A stretch of 64,000 nucleotides of DNA from contig OX597821.1 of NCBI GenBank assembly GCA_951406725.2, positions 33,666,001 through 33,730,000 on the forward strand. The letters are read 5' to 3'. Source of the DNA: Octopus vulgaris (taxonomy: Eukaryota). Of this stretch, positions 48,664-61,766 are shown in pieces (the stretch's first letter is position 1; each line of letters starts with the position of its first letter). The translations under genes and the position numbers were made by a program. Under the pieces are notes generated by a model. The model was not told where the DNA came from, made no database searches, and saw only the letters and a list, made by a program, of their open reading frames with translations.

Positions 48664-50240
48664 TCAAACATGAAGTGCAATATATTTATATATATATAAC
48701 AGGCATCTTTTAGTTTCTGTCTACCAAATCTATCCACAAGGCTTTGTCCACCCAGGGTTATAGTAGAAGACACTTCCTCAAGGTGCCTTGCAGTGGGACT
48801 GAACCTAAGACCACATAATTGGGATGGAAGCCTCTTAACTATACAACCATGCCTGTGCTTTCAAGTGTCAAATATGATTTCATAGATAATATTAATCTTC
48901 TGAGAATTGAGTGGCTGGACAGTAACTGACAAAATGCCGAACCATTAGAGTTTTAATAATTTTAGCTCATTTATATGATGATTTAGTAGCTGATGAATAA
49001 ATCACATTTATTCAGAAACATATTACAGCAAGTCTGACAAATGTTTCATTGTCCTGACAGCTGCAATGACAAATCTGTTATTGCAAAGGATATGCAATGA
49101 AAGAGCCATTTCACCTTCTGGGGACGACTGCTGTAGATGGCAATCTGTGTCCCAAGCAAACTGAGTTGGGAGGTAGTTTAGAAGCCCAGGATACTTCATG
49201 TTCTTTACTAGTATAAGCTTGGAAAGAACTTTATAGATTGTTTTACTTCCCATACAGTGCAGGCATAGTTGTGTGAGCAAAAAGACTGCATTGCAATCAT
49301 GGTTCTGTGTTTAATACCATTAAGTAGCACTGTGGGCAAGTGTTTGCTACTTTAGCCTTGAGTTGGTGACCCAAGCTTTTTTGTAAGTGAATTTGGATTG
49401 ATGGAAGCTTGTTGATATATTTGATGTTGGGTGGGGGACTTAAACTGTGGCTCAATTTAGCATCGCTATCTCATCTTTGGGTACTTTAGTGGAGAGCAGG
49501 TGTTTGAACCTGGTTCGTGTTTACAGATGTCTCATGAGTTGTGGTTTCTCTTCATCCCAGCAATTTTGGAAGTTCTGTAAAACGGCCATGGCTACTTAGT
49601 CCTTCTTTTGACGAAGCCATTAAAGAAAAATCACAGAACATAAACAGAATTAAATTAATGCTTTGAGAAATTGAACGACATTGTATACTTTAAGAAATAA
49701 CAAGAAAAAGATGGACAAAATTAACACCATCTGAGGAAATTCAGATATCTCAAGGTTGCATCTGATTATTTCAAAAATAATCAATTTTAACAATATTAAA
49801 AAAAAAAAATTATGTTGGAAAGTGATATAGAAAAAATTTTTAAACTTCAATCAAAAGTCAACAGTACAAATTATGATAATAATTATGATAATGCTGTAGA
49901 AATATCGAATTTCTCGAAAATAAAAATTATTTTATTCTCTGAATTTAATATGATGCACTGTAAAAGTGCATGTATAACACACACTGGTTTTGGGCTATAT
50001 AAATTGTTTTAAAACCCTGTAATATCTTGTACAATATATGCAGTGTTGCATGACAGATACAAGAGTAGATGAGCTACCATAATCCAATGTATTAGTTTTT
50101 GATATTTCATTTTATGTGAAATCTATTGATATATAATAAAATATGATCTAAAAACATAATAATAAAGCTTTATTTATATTTGCTATTTTTTTTTTCTTAA
50201 TAGTGGGTGGAGCAAAATTTTGCAGCTTAATACTATGTAT

Positions 50241-50613
50241 ACTCTTTTACTTGTTTCAGTTATTTGACTGCAGCCATGTTGGAGCACCACCTTTAATCGA
50301 GCAACTTGACTCCAGGGACTTATTCTTTTGTAAGCCCAGTACTTATTCTATCGGTCTCTTTTGCCGAACTGCTAAGTAACGGAGACATAAACACACCACC
50401 ATCGGTTGTCAAGCAATGCTAGGGGGACAAACACAAATATACATATATACGACGGGCTTCTTTCAGTTTCCGTCTACCAAATCCACTCACAAGGCTTTGG
50501 TTGGCCCGAGACTATAGTAGAAGAAACTTGCCTAAGGTGCCACGCAGTGGGACTGAATCTGGAACCATGTGGTTGGTAAACAAGCTACTTACCACACAGC
50601 CACTCCTGCGCCT
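50241..50613 (-). mobile_element. SINE family A
   Basis: Reverse-complement match over full length. Confidence 0.9.
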
Positions 50614-50829
50614 ATAATATGCATCTGTAATTTTAATCTTGACTTTTGTAAAAAAAAAAAATTTAAATGGATTTTGCACATAGTGTTTTACCATGTGAGT
50701 ATGTGACTATATATGCTCTCTTCTGTTGTTTTTTTTTTTTTTATTTGAAGTTTTCCTGTAAGGAAAGAGCTGGTTTCTCACAGAGATACAAAGCTCTATC
50801 ATTGGAATATTGATATCAAAAGTAATGCC

Positions 50830-51388
50830 ACATTTATCAAATCAAATCAATCAAAATCGATGACTGGTGTCCGTGCTGGCAGGGTGCAAAGCGTGATCAT
50901 TGACAGAGCAGCTAACCGACTTCCGTGCCAGTGGCATTTAAAGGGCACCATTCGAGCGTGATCATTACCAGTGTTGCCTTACTGGTACTTGTGCCTATGC
51001 TAGTAGGGTGCCAAGAGCACCATCCGAGTGTGATTGATGCCAGAGCAGCCAACTGGCTTCCGTGCCAGTGGCACGTAAAAGGGCACCATTCGAGCGTGAT
51101 TGTTACCAACGTCACCTTACTGACACCTGTGCTGGTGGCATGTGTAAAAGGATTCGAGCAAGGTCGTTGCCAGTGCCACCAGACTGCCCCCCATGCCGGT
51201 GGCACGCAAAAAGTACCCACTACACTTTTGGAGTGGTTGGCATTAGGAAGGGCATTCAGCTGTAGAAACTCTGCCAAATCAAGATTGGAGACTGGTGCAA
51301 CCATCTGGTTCGCTAGCCCTCAGTCAAAATCGTCCAACCCATGCTAGCATGGAAAGCGGACGTTAAATGATAATGATGATGATGATGA
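50830..51388 (+). mobile_element. RTE-related element with several internal hairpin modules and (GAT)n tail
   Basis: Repeated gtgccagtggcac..aaa.ggcacc modules and the shared 3' tail. Confidence 0.75.
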
Positions 51389-52176
51389 GGTATCTCTTTC
51401 CCTCCACTTCCTCTGATTCATTTTGATTGTTTCTTGTTTGCTTACATGGGGTTAGATGAATATGTTATTGAGGTGTTGTTTTACTGCTGGATGCCCTTCC
51501 AGCTGCTAACCCTTGACCTGTTTTTCCAGGTAAGGAAAAAAGAAATCTCTCGTTCACACAGGCTCAAAGTGAGAAGATGATTTGTGGATGAGAGAACTCG
51601 TAACAGCAACACTGCTGTATGTTGCAACTTCTGCTTAAGTGAGTGATATGTAAACAAACACACAGAAACACATGCACACACAGAAACAGACACACACACA
51701 CACCTCTGTTCCAATGTAGTCTTGTCCAAACTATGCAAATACAGAAAAGTGGATAACTCTATCTCACACGCACATATCAGATGCATAACTAAGAACCACA
51801 TATGCTAGAACCTCAAAAAAACCACAGATTATCCAATTGCCTGATAGGAGATCTTCAGCAAGTATCACCACTTGGATAAATATTTACTGAAGCACCTGTA
51901 CCAATCAACATAAAAAGCACCCAGTACACTCTGTAAAGTAGTTGGCAATAGGAAGGGCATCCAGCTGTAGAAGCTATGCCAAAACAGACAATTGGAGCCT
52001 GGGCAGCTCTCTGGCTTACCAGCATGGGAAACAGCCATTTGTTGACGATGATGATATGTGTGTCTGTGTGTGTGTGTGTGTGTGTGCACACACACACACA
52101 CACACTTTGTAAATGTGTTTGATTGTGTCTCTTTATCTTAACATTGCTTAATAATTGTAAACAAGTGTCACTGTCA

Positions 52177-52342
52177 GGCGTAGGAGTGGCTGTGTGGTAA
52201 GTTGCTTGCTTACAAGCCACATGGTTCCGGGTTCAGTCCCACTGCATGGCACCTTGGGCAAGTGCCTTCTACTATAGCTTCGGGACGACCAAAATCCTTG
52301 TGAGTGGATTTGGTAGATGGAAACTGAAAGAAGCCCGTCGTA

Positions 52343-52437
<95 letters not shown>

Positions 52438-52648
52438 TTGCGTGTCTGTGTTTGTCTCCCCACCATCGCTTGACAACCGATGCTGATGTGTTTACGTCTC
52501 CGTAACTTAGCGGTTTGATAAAAGGAGCCGATAGAATAAGTACTAGGCTTACACTGAATAAGTCCTGGGGTCGATTTGCCCGACTAAATGCGGTGCTCCA
52601 GCATGGCTGCTGTCAAAAGACTGAAACAAGTAAAAGAGAGTAAAGAGT
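52177..52648 (+). mobile_element. SINE family A with expanded internal (TA)n(TG)n
   Basis: Full-length match. Confidence 0.9.
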
Positions 52649-52837
52649 TATACAAGCAGCGGCCTACATTTCCAATCTTCTGTGAAAACATTTCTGACCT
52701 TGTCTAGAAACAAGCAAAGGTTGGTGACAGGAAGAGCATCTGGTCATTGAAAATTTGCCTCAGCTAATTCCATTCAACCTTTGGTAGTATGGAAAAGTGG
52801 ACATAAAAGCAATGATGATGATTCATGAGAGAGAATT

Positions 52838-53247
52838 GCATCACTTTGTCTCCAACAATTCGGTGCAACACCAGTGTAGAATCACCCTCCCTCTGACAAG
52901 TCATCCTAACGAGACATCTGCGTTGGCTGGGTCATGCCCTCTGTCGTCAACCAGGAGAATTCATCTACGAGGCAATTGCCCCAGCTACCCTTCAGGGTTG
53001 GCGAAAGTGTTATGGTGGACAACGAAAAACCTGGCTGATGACGGTCAAGGCTGATCTGGAACCCAACCTAGGCCCCCATATCTACGGCGTTCGCCGCTGA
53101 AATAAGGAGTGGTTGGAGATCACGCGGTCGCTAGCCTCAAATCGCCAGGCCTGGTTGGCATTTGTGAGAAATGCAGCAGTGAGGATGAATGAAGCCAGCT
53201 CAACCCACCCCGGGTCAATGCCGTAAGAAGAAGAAGAAGAAGAAGAG
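52838..53247 (+). mobile_element. Second copy of the same 5'-truncated RTE LINE, (AAG)n tail, 13-bp TSD
   Basis: High identity to 42946-43350. TSD atgagagagaatt at 52825-52837 and 53248-53260. Confidence 0.9.
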
Positions 53248-53653
53248 ATGAGAGAGAATTAATGTATAATCCTATATAAGTAAAGGATATTTAATTATAT
53301 TCTTTTTTTCAATGATGATATAAGTGTTATGAGCTGCAGCAGATGGTCTCTCCCACCATTTAGCTAGCGACCTCCTCTCTCTCTCTCTTTCACTACTTTA
53401 TTGTCTCCTTATGCTTTTAGCAATAGATAAATCAATGAACTTATAATTTTTCTCCCATTCTGTTATATGCTTTATTATTTAATTTGGAAGCAAACGTGAA
53501 ACGTGAAAAGTCAGAGCGCAAGCCCCATTGTCTGTCTGTCTCATTCTCTATTTCTCTCATATGCACAGAAATTCACACATATTACAAATTGTGTGCATGA
53601 TCTATAACGTGTGTGTGTCTGTGTACATGTATATTACACACACATATATATAT

Positions 53654-54013
53654 ACTCTTTTACTTGTTTCAGTCATTTGACTGCGGCCATGCTGGAGCAC
53701 CGCCTTTAATCGAGCAAATCTTATTCTTTGTAAGCCTAGTACTTATTCTATCGGTCTTTTTGCTGAGCTGCTAAGTTACAGGGACACACACCAGCATCGG
53801 TTGTCAAGTGATGTTGGGGGAACAAAGACAGACACACACACATAGACACACATATATACATATATACAACGGGCTTCTTTCAGTTTCTGTCTACCAAATC
53901 CACTCACAAGGCTATAGTAGAAGACACTTGCCCAAGGTGCCATGCAGTGGGAAAGAACCTGGAACCATGTGGTTCGTAAGCAAGCTACTTACCATACAGC
54001 TAATCCTACGCCT
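53654..54013 (-). mobile_element. SINE family A
   Basis: Reverse-complement match with small internal deletions. Confidence 0.85.
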
Positions 54014-54214
54014 ATATATATATATAAAATGTGTAAAAGTAGTCATCAATCCCATCCTTTTTGTCTGCTTTTTTCTTATTTCTGTGGTTTGGAAAGCACT
54101 GTGTCTTATCATTTATTGCCATTGCTTTTGTGAGGTTCAGCCTTCACCATTTCTTCCTATGTCTTCTTTGATCTTCCTCTTCTGCATACAACTTCTGTCT
54201 TCCACAGGCATAAT

Positions 54215-54395
54215 TTGCCTGTCTTCCATATTTGGAATTTCTTCTCTAATTATTTGATAGATTCATCAGTAAAAACCTGATTATCAACATACAGGAGTTT
54301 CCATGGACAGTTGGTTTTAAACTCCTCTGATACTGTCTGAAGAAGTTTAACAAAAGAAAGAGTCTTAGAACTGAGTCCTGGTGGACATGTATAAG
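54215..54395 (-). pseudogene. RT remnant of the same RTE-type LINE
   Basis: Minus frames give HVHQDSVL.. and EEFKTNCPWKLLYVDNQVF..LEKKFQIWK. Confidence 0.65.
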
Positions 54396-54596
54396 CACAA
54401 GGACTGAAATTTTGGGGGAGGGGGCTACTGAATTACATATACCCCAGTGCTCGACTGGTACTTGTTTCATTGACCCCTAAAGGATGAAAAGAAAAGTTTA
54501 CCTTGGTGGAATTTGAACTCAGAATGTAAACATGGGTGAAATGCCGCTAAGCGTTTTGTGTGGCATGCTAGCTAACGATTTTGCCAGCTTGTTGCC

Positions 54597-54634
<38 letters not shown>

Positions 54635-54771
54635 TCTTTCAACTGGAAGTACAAGGCCTCAAATTTGGGGGAAGGGATTAAGTCGATTACATTGACCCCA
54701 GTGCATAACTGGTACTTATTTAATCGACCCTGAAAGGCTGAAAGCAAAGTCTACCACAGCGGAATTTGAAC

Positions 54772-54802
<31 letters not shown>

Positions 54803-54821
54803 TATTATTATGATAATTATT

Positions 54822-55020
54822 ATTATTGTTCTTGTTGTCTTTGGAACATTGAGTTCAATACCATCCAATCTGAAGAAGTATTTGGACACCTTAGACATAC
54901 CCTTCAATCTTAGCATGTTGCAAAAATCAGCTTTACTTGGAACTGCATACATACTGTGTAATGTACTGACTCTCTGAGGTCTTCGTGGTGACTTGGCAGA
55001 TGGCATAAACCCCCTGTATA
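54822..55020 (+). mobile_element. 3' fragment of a restriction-like-endonuclease (R4/Dong-type) non-LTR retrotransposon
   Basis: Frame 54822-54977 reads IIVLVVFGTLSSIPSNLKKYLDTLDIPFNLSMLQKSALLGTAYILCNVLTL*, matching the ..IG.LG.IP..L...L...I..LQK.ALLGTA.IL..VL C-terminus. It abuts an (AAT)n/(ATT)n run. Confidence 0.75.
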
Positions 55021-56664
55021 CACAATACCTTCAATCTACATACAACATCACATTATTGGATACTGTGTGACACATTTCTTTCACTTTTCAATGATTAGCA
55101 AATGAGTGACTATCTTTCCATACAGACACAACACAGGCTATGCTTTCAGGCTTTTTTGGATAAAGTATGCAGAAATAATCCAATAGGTTCACCATTAATT
55201 ATGTGAAATATTCATGGGTCCTGCTAGTGATAATAATTGTTTCTAGTTTTGGCTAAAGGAGCAGTCAGTTATATAGGCTCCAGTATTTTGCTAGTACTTT
55301 TCTCTACAAAGTTGATCTCAGCAGGATTTGAACCCAGAACTAAAAGAACCAGTAAAGATATCCATTTTGTAACAATTCTGCTAATCCTTATAACAATATA
55401 ACATCTCTAGTTCAAGCAAAGCTTAGGGCCAGAAATTTTGAGGGGAAGAAATAAGTTGATGTGACTGACTCCACTATCAGTACTTGACCGATAATTTATT
55501 TAAGGAAAGGCAAAGTTGACCTCACCAGAATTTGAACCCAGGAAGTAAACTACCAGAGTCAATAACATAAGGCATTTTTGTCCTATGCTCTAACAATTCT
55601 GCCAACCAACGACAATAATTGTATGTATGAATGTATGTGTGTGTGTGTGTGAGAGAGAGAGAAGGTGGGGGGATATTGGTATTGTATAAATATAACAAAG
55701 CTTTTGTTTTGATCTTTTCAGAAGTCTAATTTATTCTAAACATTATTATGCTTTGTTCACAATTTATATCGTTTTTATTTATATTTTTAATCTGACCTAT
55801 TTAGCTGACAGTTCACAGCCAGTCACACATCCGACCATTACCCAATTAACCAACCATCTGTTGTCTTCATATCACATCAGTAGGTGACTAACACTGTTCT
55901 TTTTTTGTTTAGCCCTAGGTTAGGACTGATTGAATGAACCACTATGGATGGTTTAGATCAGTGGTTCTCAACCATTTTTACCCTATGGACCCCCTTGATT
56001 CCTCTTTTACTCGGGTGGACCCTTGTAGCCATTCAATGCTTTAAAAAATCCTATAATCATCATCATCATCATCGTCGTTTAATGTCTGCTTTCCATGCTA
56101 GACTGAGGACTGGCGAACCAGATGGCTGCACCAGGCTCTAATCTTGATTTGGCAATTTCTACAGCTGGATGCCCTTCCTAGTGCCAACCACTAAGAGGTT
56201 AAAGCATTGCAATTTCAGCTTTTGTTTCTATGTCTGGAATTTCTTCTTCAGATCTACAGATTCCGTTAAAAGAACTAAGTCTCTATAGATATTCAACCTT
56301 AAATACCTTTGTTATGGTTTAGAGGACTATAATAAATAGAGTGAGTTCTGAGCCCTGATAGGCCCCTATCCACATGCTAAGTTATTGATTACTTAACTCA
56401 TTGCTGACCCTTTCTCTGTACATAATTTGTATAGCCCTCACAAGCCTTTTGTCTACACTCAGTAACTTAAAGATTACAGAAGGGAGAATCTTGTGAAAGG
56501 GTTTCTGCAGGTTTATGAATGCTAAGTTGTCTTAAAAGGGATTTGGCATCAGTGGTGTCTGTTCTTAGCACAAAACCAAACTGCATTACTTCCAGATTAA
56601 TTCAGTTCCAAATCAATTTTGAAAACTCTTTCTGTAACTTGTCTTACAGACTTTTTTTTTTTTT

Positions 56665-57285
56665 CTTTTTTACTTGTTTCAGTCATTTTGACTGCGGCTA
56701 TGCTGGAGCACCGCCTTTAATCGAGCTAATCGACCCTGGGACTTATTCTTTGTAAGCCCAGTACTTATTCTATCGGTCTCTTTTGCCGAACCGCTAAGTG
56801 ACGGGGACGTAAACACACCAGCATCGGTTGTCAAGCAATGCTAGGGGGACAAACACAGACACACAAACATACACGCACATACATATATATACATATATAC
56901 GACGGGCTTCTTTCAGTTTCCGTCTACCAAATCCACTCACAAGGCTTTGGTCGGCCTGAAGCTATAGTAGAAGACACTTGCCCAAGGTGCCACGCAATGG
57001 GACTGAACCCAGAACCATCTGCATGTGTATGTAAATTATAACTGTGTGTGTGTGTGCACACATGTGTATGTATGTATATATTTGTGTGTTTTTGTCTCCC
57101 CACTATTGCTTGACAACCGATGTTGGTGTGTTTACATCCCCATAACTTAGCAGTTCAGCAAAAGAGACCGATAGAATAAGTACTAGGCTTACAAAGAATA
57201 AGTCCTGGGGTTCGATTTGCTCGACTAAAGGTGGTGCTCCAGCATGGCCACAGTCAAATGATTGAAACAAGTAAAAGAGTAAAGA
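56665..57285. mobile_element. Two adjacent SINE family A copies in inverted orientation (56665-57018 minus; ~57045-57285 plus, 3' half)
   Basis: The 3' halves are reverse complements of each other over ~210 bp. Confidence 0.85.
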
Positions 57286-58289
57286 GATTAGCATAGTTGG
57301 CCTTTCACTGATTTCTAATATTTGAAATCAAAGACAACTGTTCATTGATACAATGGATGAAGGGTGTCCTTAGTCATGACCACCTAAACATTTTAGAAGT
57401 AAGAAGGACTACTCTATACAATTACTGTGTCCTTTTTTAGCTCTTTAGCATTCAGATTACTCTGTCAAATATGTTTATTTCATCATCATCATCATTTAAC
57501 GTCCGTTTTCCATGCTAGCATGGGTTGGATGGTTCGACTGGGGTCTGGTAAGCCATGGAGGCTGCACCAGGCTCTAGTCTGATTTGGCAGTGTTTCTACA
57601 GCTGGATGCCCTTCCTAACGCCAACCACTCCGTGAGTATAGTGGGTGTTTTTTACGTGCCACCGGCACAGGAGCCAGAGCAAGCTGGCAAACGGCCATGA
57701 TCGGTTTGTGCTAACGTTTCTGCCAGCTTGCCACCTTTTCCCTGCAACTTAACAAGTCAAATTTAATGCACCACACTTATTACCTAAGGTGGTCTAGCCA
57801 TGGCCACCCCACCTTTCAGAGTATGTAAGACTAAATTATTTAATTAATGTGTCCTTTCCTTTATTTATGATACTAATATGTGATTTGTGGTAGAATTTTG
57901 TAGCTATTTCTAGCATGTTGTGTGACTACATAGTGGTTCTCTCATTGGTTAAATACACTGATGTTTCACAAAGCCTTCCCCAGACCACTACAAGGACTTG
58001 CAAGTTCAGCTAATTAATCACTCATTTCTAGAAAACCAATGAAGGAAATTCTGATTAAGCAGACCTCTTACCAAAGACATTCTAACAGTGGCAATCCTGT
58101 CTTTAGTCAGAATGATGTAACTGGGATTAAATTACCGCAATGTTCCAGGCATGTTTCGCTGAGGGAAAGCCTTTCTCTTCCAGGTCTTGTTAGTTAGGAA
58201 TTGTCATTGATACTTCTAGAACTTTGCTTTTTTCTAGGTTAAGGGTGTTGGCCCCACCAAACCCATTTTAACTGCGGGGAAGAAGTGGT

Positions 58290-58420
58290 TCATATTAGTC
58301 TGGCCTCTGTCCTCTGGCTTGTCCAGCATGGGAGACCCTACTAGGAGTTTGCACTCCATTGGCATAGCTCTCAGGGTCATGGACCACCACAATGTAACAA
58401 GGTGTGGACCTCATGGTGGA
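58290..58420 (-). mobile_element. RTE (Expander/Rex3-like) 5' UTR remnant
   Basis: Minus strand caccttgt...atgaccctgagagctatgcc...tagggtctcccatgc...ggccagactaa resembles the conserved RTE 5' end (recalled, not searched). Confidence 0.5.
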
Positions 58421-59741
58421 CAACCCTAGCACTCCATCAGTTACAACATGGGAGTTCCAGTTGATCCAGTTAACTGCCTGCTCGTGAAATTAATGTGCAA
58501 GTGGCTGAGTACTCCACAGACATGTGTACCCTTAACATAGTTCTCAGGGAGATTCAGCACGATACAGAATGTGACTAGGTTGGCCCTCTCAGTTATAGGT
58601 ACAACTAATTTTTTCAAGCTAAGTGGACTGGAGCAACATGGAATAAAGTGTCTTGCTCAAGGACATAACATGTCAGGAATCGAACTCGTGACCTGACAAT
58701 CTTGAGCTGAATACTCTAACCACTGGGTTGGTACTTATTTATTGACCTCAAAAAGATAAAAAGCAAAGCTTACCTCAATGAGATTTGAATTCACAATGCT
58801 TAATTTGTGATGCAGTCTGTCCAATGCTCTAATGTCTATCAATTTGCAGCTAAGCTCCCTTCTTAAAACTAAACACTACCATTAAAAAAAAAAAACAGAG
58901 GTACATTGGATAGTGTACTCCTACAACACAGTACCTTAGAGAACAAATGATAGGATGTTCTCTGTTGAAATGCATTACATCCTAAATCTGCCATCATCAT
59001 GGCTGTCCTTTGGCTAAACAACAGCAGCTAAAAGAGGCCTTCCCTTCAGCTGCATTTTACTGTTGTTAGCAAACCCTTTGACATCTTTTAAAATGATGGT
59101 CACATGTTTTTGAGACGGCCACTGCTACCTCATCAATCAATCAGTGCATATATGAGACACACAATCTATGGTTTGATTTCTTAAGTGTTTGATTGGTTAG
59201 ACACATGCCAGAGTTGCGTAGTCAGTCAACATGCAAAAGTAGATATGCAAGACGAAAAGGTAGATTACAAATAACATGTTATATGCATAAATAATGCTTT
59301 ATGCATCTCATATATGTTAAAAGCCTCTCAGGCACACAAATACGCATATATATATATATATGTTAATATATACATATCCACATCCAAAATGTGTGTTCGT
59401 GTGTCTGAGCGTGTATGAATGAGTGTGTGTATGCATATGTATGTAACTCTTTCTGCAACTTTCACACAAGAAAACTCCCCTAATTTTCATAAACACACAT
59501 GGCAGACTCACCTGTCATAAACGACAGGTGAGGATTTAGCAATTTCTTGCTCAGTTACATACACAGGTGATTTGTTTATTATGATCAAATGCTTGTGCTG
59601 TACATTAGCTCTCTCTCCTTCCATTAAATCAATATTGCCTGTACAGGTGTATCGCATATACATATGCGAGCATGTGTGTATGTATGTGTGAGTATACATA
59701 TGTGTGTGCCTGTACATGTGTATGGCACATACATACACACA

Positions 59742-60114
59742 TGGCTGTGTGGTAAGTAGCTTGCTTACCAACCACATGGTTCCGGGTTCAGTCCCACTGT
59801 GTGGCATCTTGGGCAAGTGTCTTCTGCTAAAGCCTCGGGCCGACCAATGCCTTGTGAGTGGATTTGGTAGACAGAAACTGAAAGAAGCCTGTCGTATATA
59901 TATGTATGTGTGTCTGTGTTTGTCCCCCCACCATTGCTTGACAAGTGATGCTGGTGTGTTTACGTCCCCGTCACTTAGCGGTTCGGCAAAAAGAGACGAT
60001 AGAATAATTACTGGGCTTACAAAGAATAAGTCCCGGGGTTGATTTGCTCGACTAAAGGTCATGCTCCAGCATGGCCGCAGTCAAATGACTGAAACAAGTA
60101 AAAGAGTAAAAGAG
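59742..60114 (+). mobile_element. SINE family A
   Basis: Near full-length match. Confidence 0.9.
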
Positions 60115-60159
60115 CATATAATATCCATCCATCCATCAATCAATCAAGATAGAACCAAA

Positions 60160-60477
60160 GTGCATGGCTCAGTGGTTAGTGACCGGCTTACAGTTGTGAG
60201 GTTTGAGAGTTTAATTCCCAAACCAGGCTGTGTGTTGCATTCTTGAGCAAGTCACTTTATGTTACTCCAGTTCACTCAGCTGTAGAAATGAGTTGTGACA
60301 TCACTGATGCCAAGCTGTACTATCCTTTGCCTTTCCCTTGGATAACATCAGTGGTGTGGAGAGGGGAGGCCAGTATGCATGGGCGACTGCTGGTCTTCCA
60401 CAAACAACCTTGCCCAGACTTGTGCCTCGGAGGGGAATTTCTAGGTGCAATCCCATGGTCATTTCTGACCTGAGGGA
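60160..60477 (+). mobile_element. SINE family B copy
   Basis: gcatggctcagtggttag head and a body matching 759-1086. Confidence 0.8.
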
Positions 60478-61766
60478 GTCTTTGCCATTTTCTTATAGAC
60501 ATATAAAAGCTGTCAATCTGTCTGTATGTGTGTATACATATATGTGTGTATATATGTGTATATGTGTTTATGTATATATGTGCATGTATGTGTGTGTATA
60601 TATATATATATATGTGAGTGTGTGTATATGTGTGTGTATGTAAATATATATGTGTGTGCGTATATATATTACGCACATAAAATATACATGAGTGTTTTGT
60701 GCATGAGAGGCATTTAACATACATGAGATGTCTACAATACATGTACATAGATATAAAGGATTTACAAAAATAAAATAAAATAAAATAAAATGAAAGAGAA
60801 AGAGAGAATAAACAAACATTATGAATCTCATTATTGTTTAAATACTTCCACTCTAAGAATCATTTGGTTTGATGAATGAATTGTCCAATGGTTGATAGAA
60901 AACTGTCAAGCCAATTTAATGGTGAATGAAGTGAGGATTTCTCCTGATAGGGAGAATAAGATACAATATACATCCGTATAATCCTGTTGTGCTCATATAA
61001 CCACTAATTGTTCTGAACTGATTATCAATCTGAAAGAGCTCTTTGATAGTTTGTTAATCAATATTGATTAGTTTGTCTGTGTTTGTGTGGACATCGTTTG
61101 ATAGCTATGTCTTAATTAATGTGAACTCAGTTGGCGTTCACTTGAAAAACCTGTTTAGCAACTTCTCTCTCTCCCTCTCAACCCTACTACTACTACTACT
61201 ACCACCACCACCACCACCAATAATAATAATAGTTGTAGTAATAATAATGTGGTCTTATATCCCACCAAAGATAATGAGGATTAAATTTCTCTTAATAAAA
61301 ATATTAATGGTTTCTTTTATTATCACAAGGACGATGGATGGCCCGTGTGGAAGATGATATTATGAGGACAAATTACAAAAGGTTCTGTTGGGGGTGGGAA
61401 AAGGGGAAGGATGGAGTGAATTTACATGGACTATGATGTGGTATGAAAACATATAACTATAGTGGTTTGAAATATATGTGTCCTAAAAGCGGGTGGGGCA
61501 GTCATCTTGAATGAGGGAGCTGGTCGGGTCTGGTATGGGGGTGGTATGTGCCATTGCAGCACGTCACTGCAGCATCCAGTATTTGCCTTCCAAACAGTTT
61601 CCCAGTCAGTAGTCCCCCATCTCTGTGAGATCCTTCCTCATCCACCTTAACCATGTGGTATGTGGTTGACCAACATGACCCAGCATTCTCCAGCTGGATC
61701 CTCAGAGAAAAGAACATGATCTGACTTGGAATATCAAGCAACATGACCAAACATTCTCAACTCATA

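Noticed and set aside
49023-49280. 85-aa minus-strand ORF in unique sequence
   Set aside because: No recognisable domain or splice context, and it starts inside a decayed SINE.
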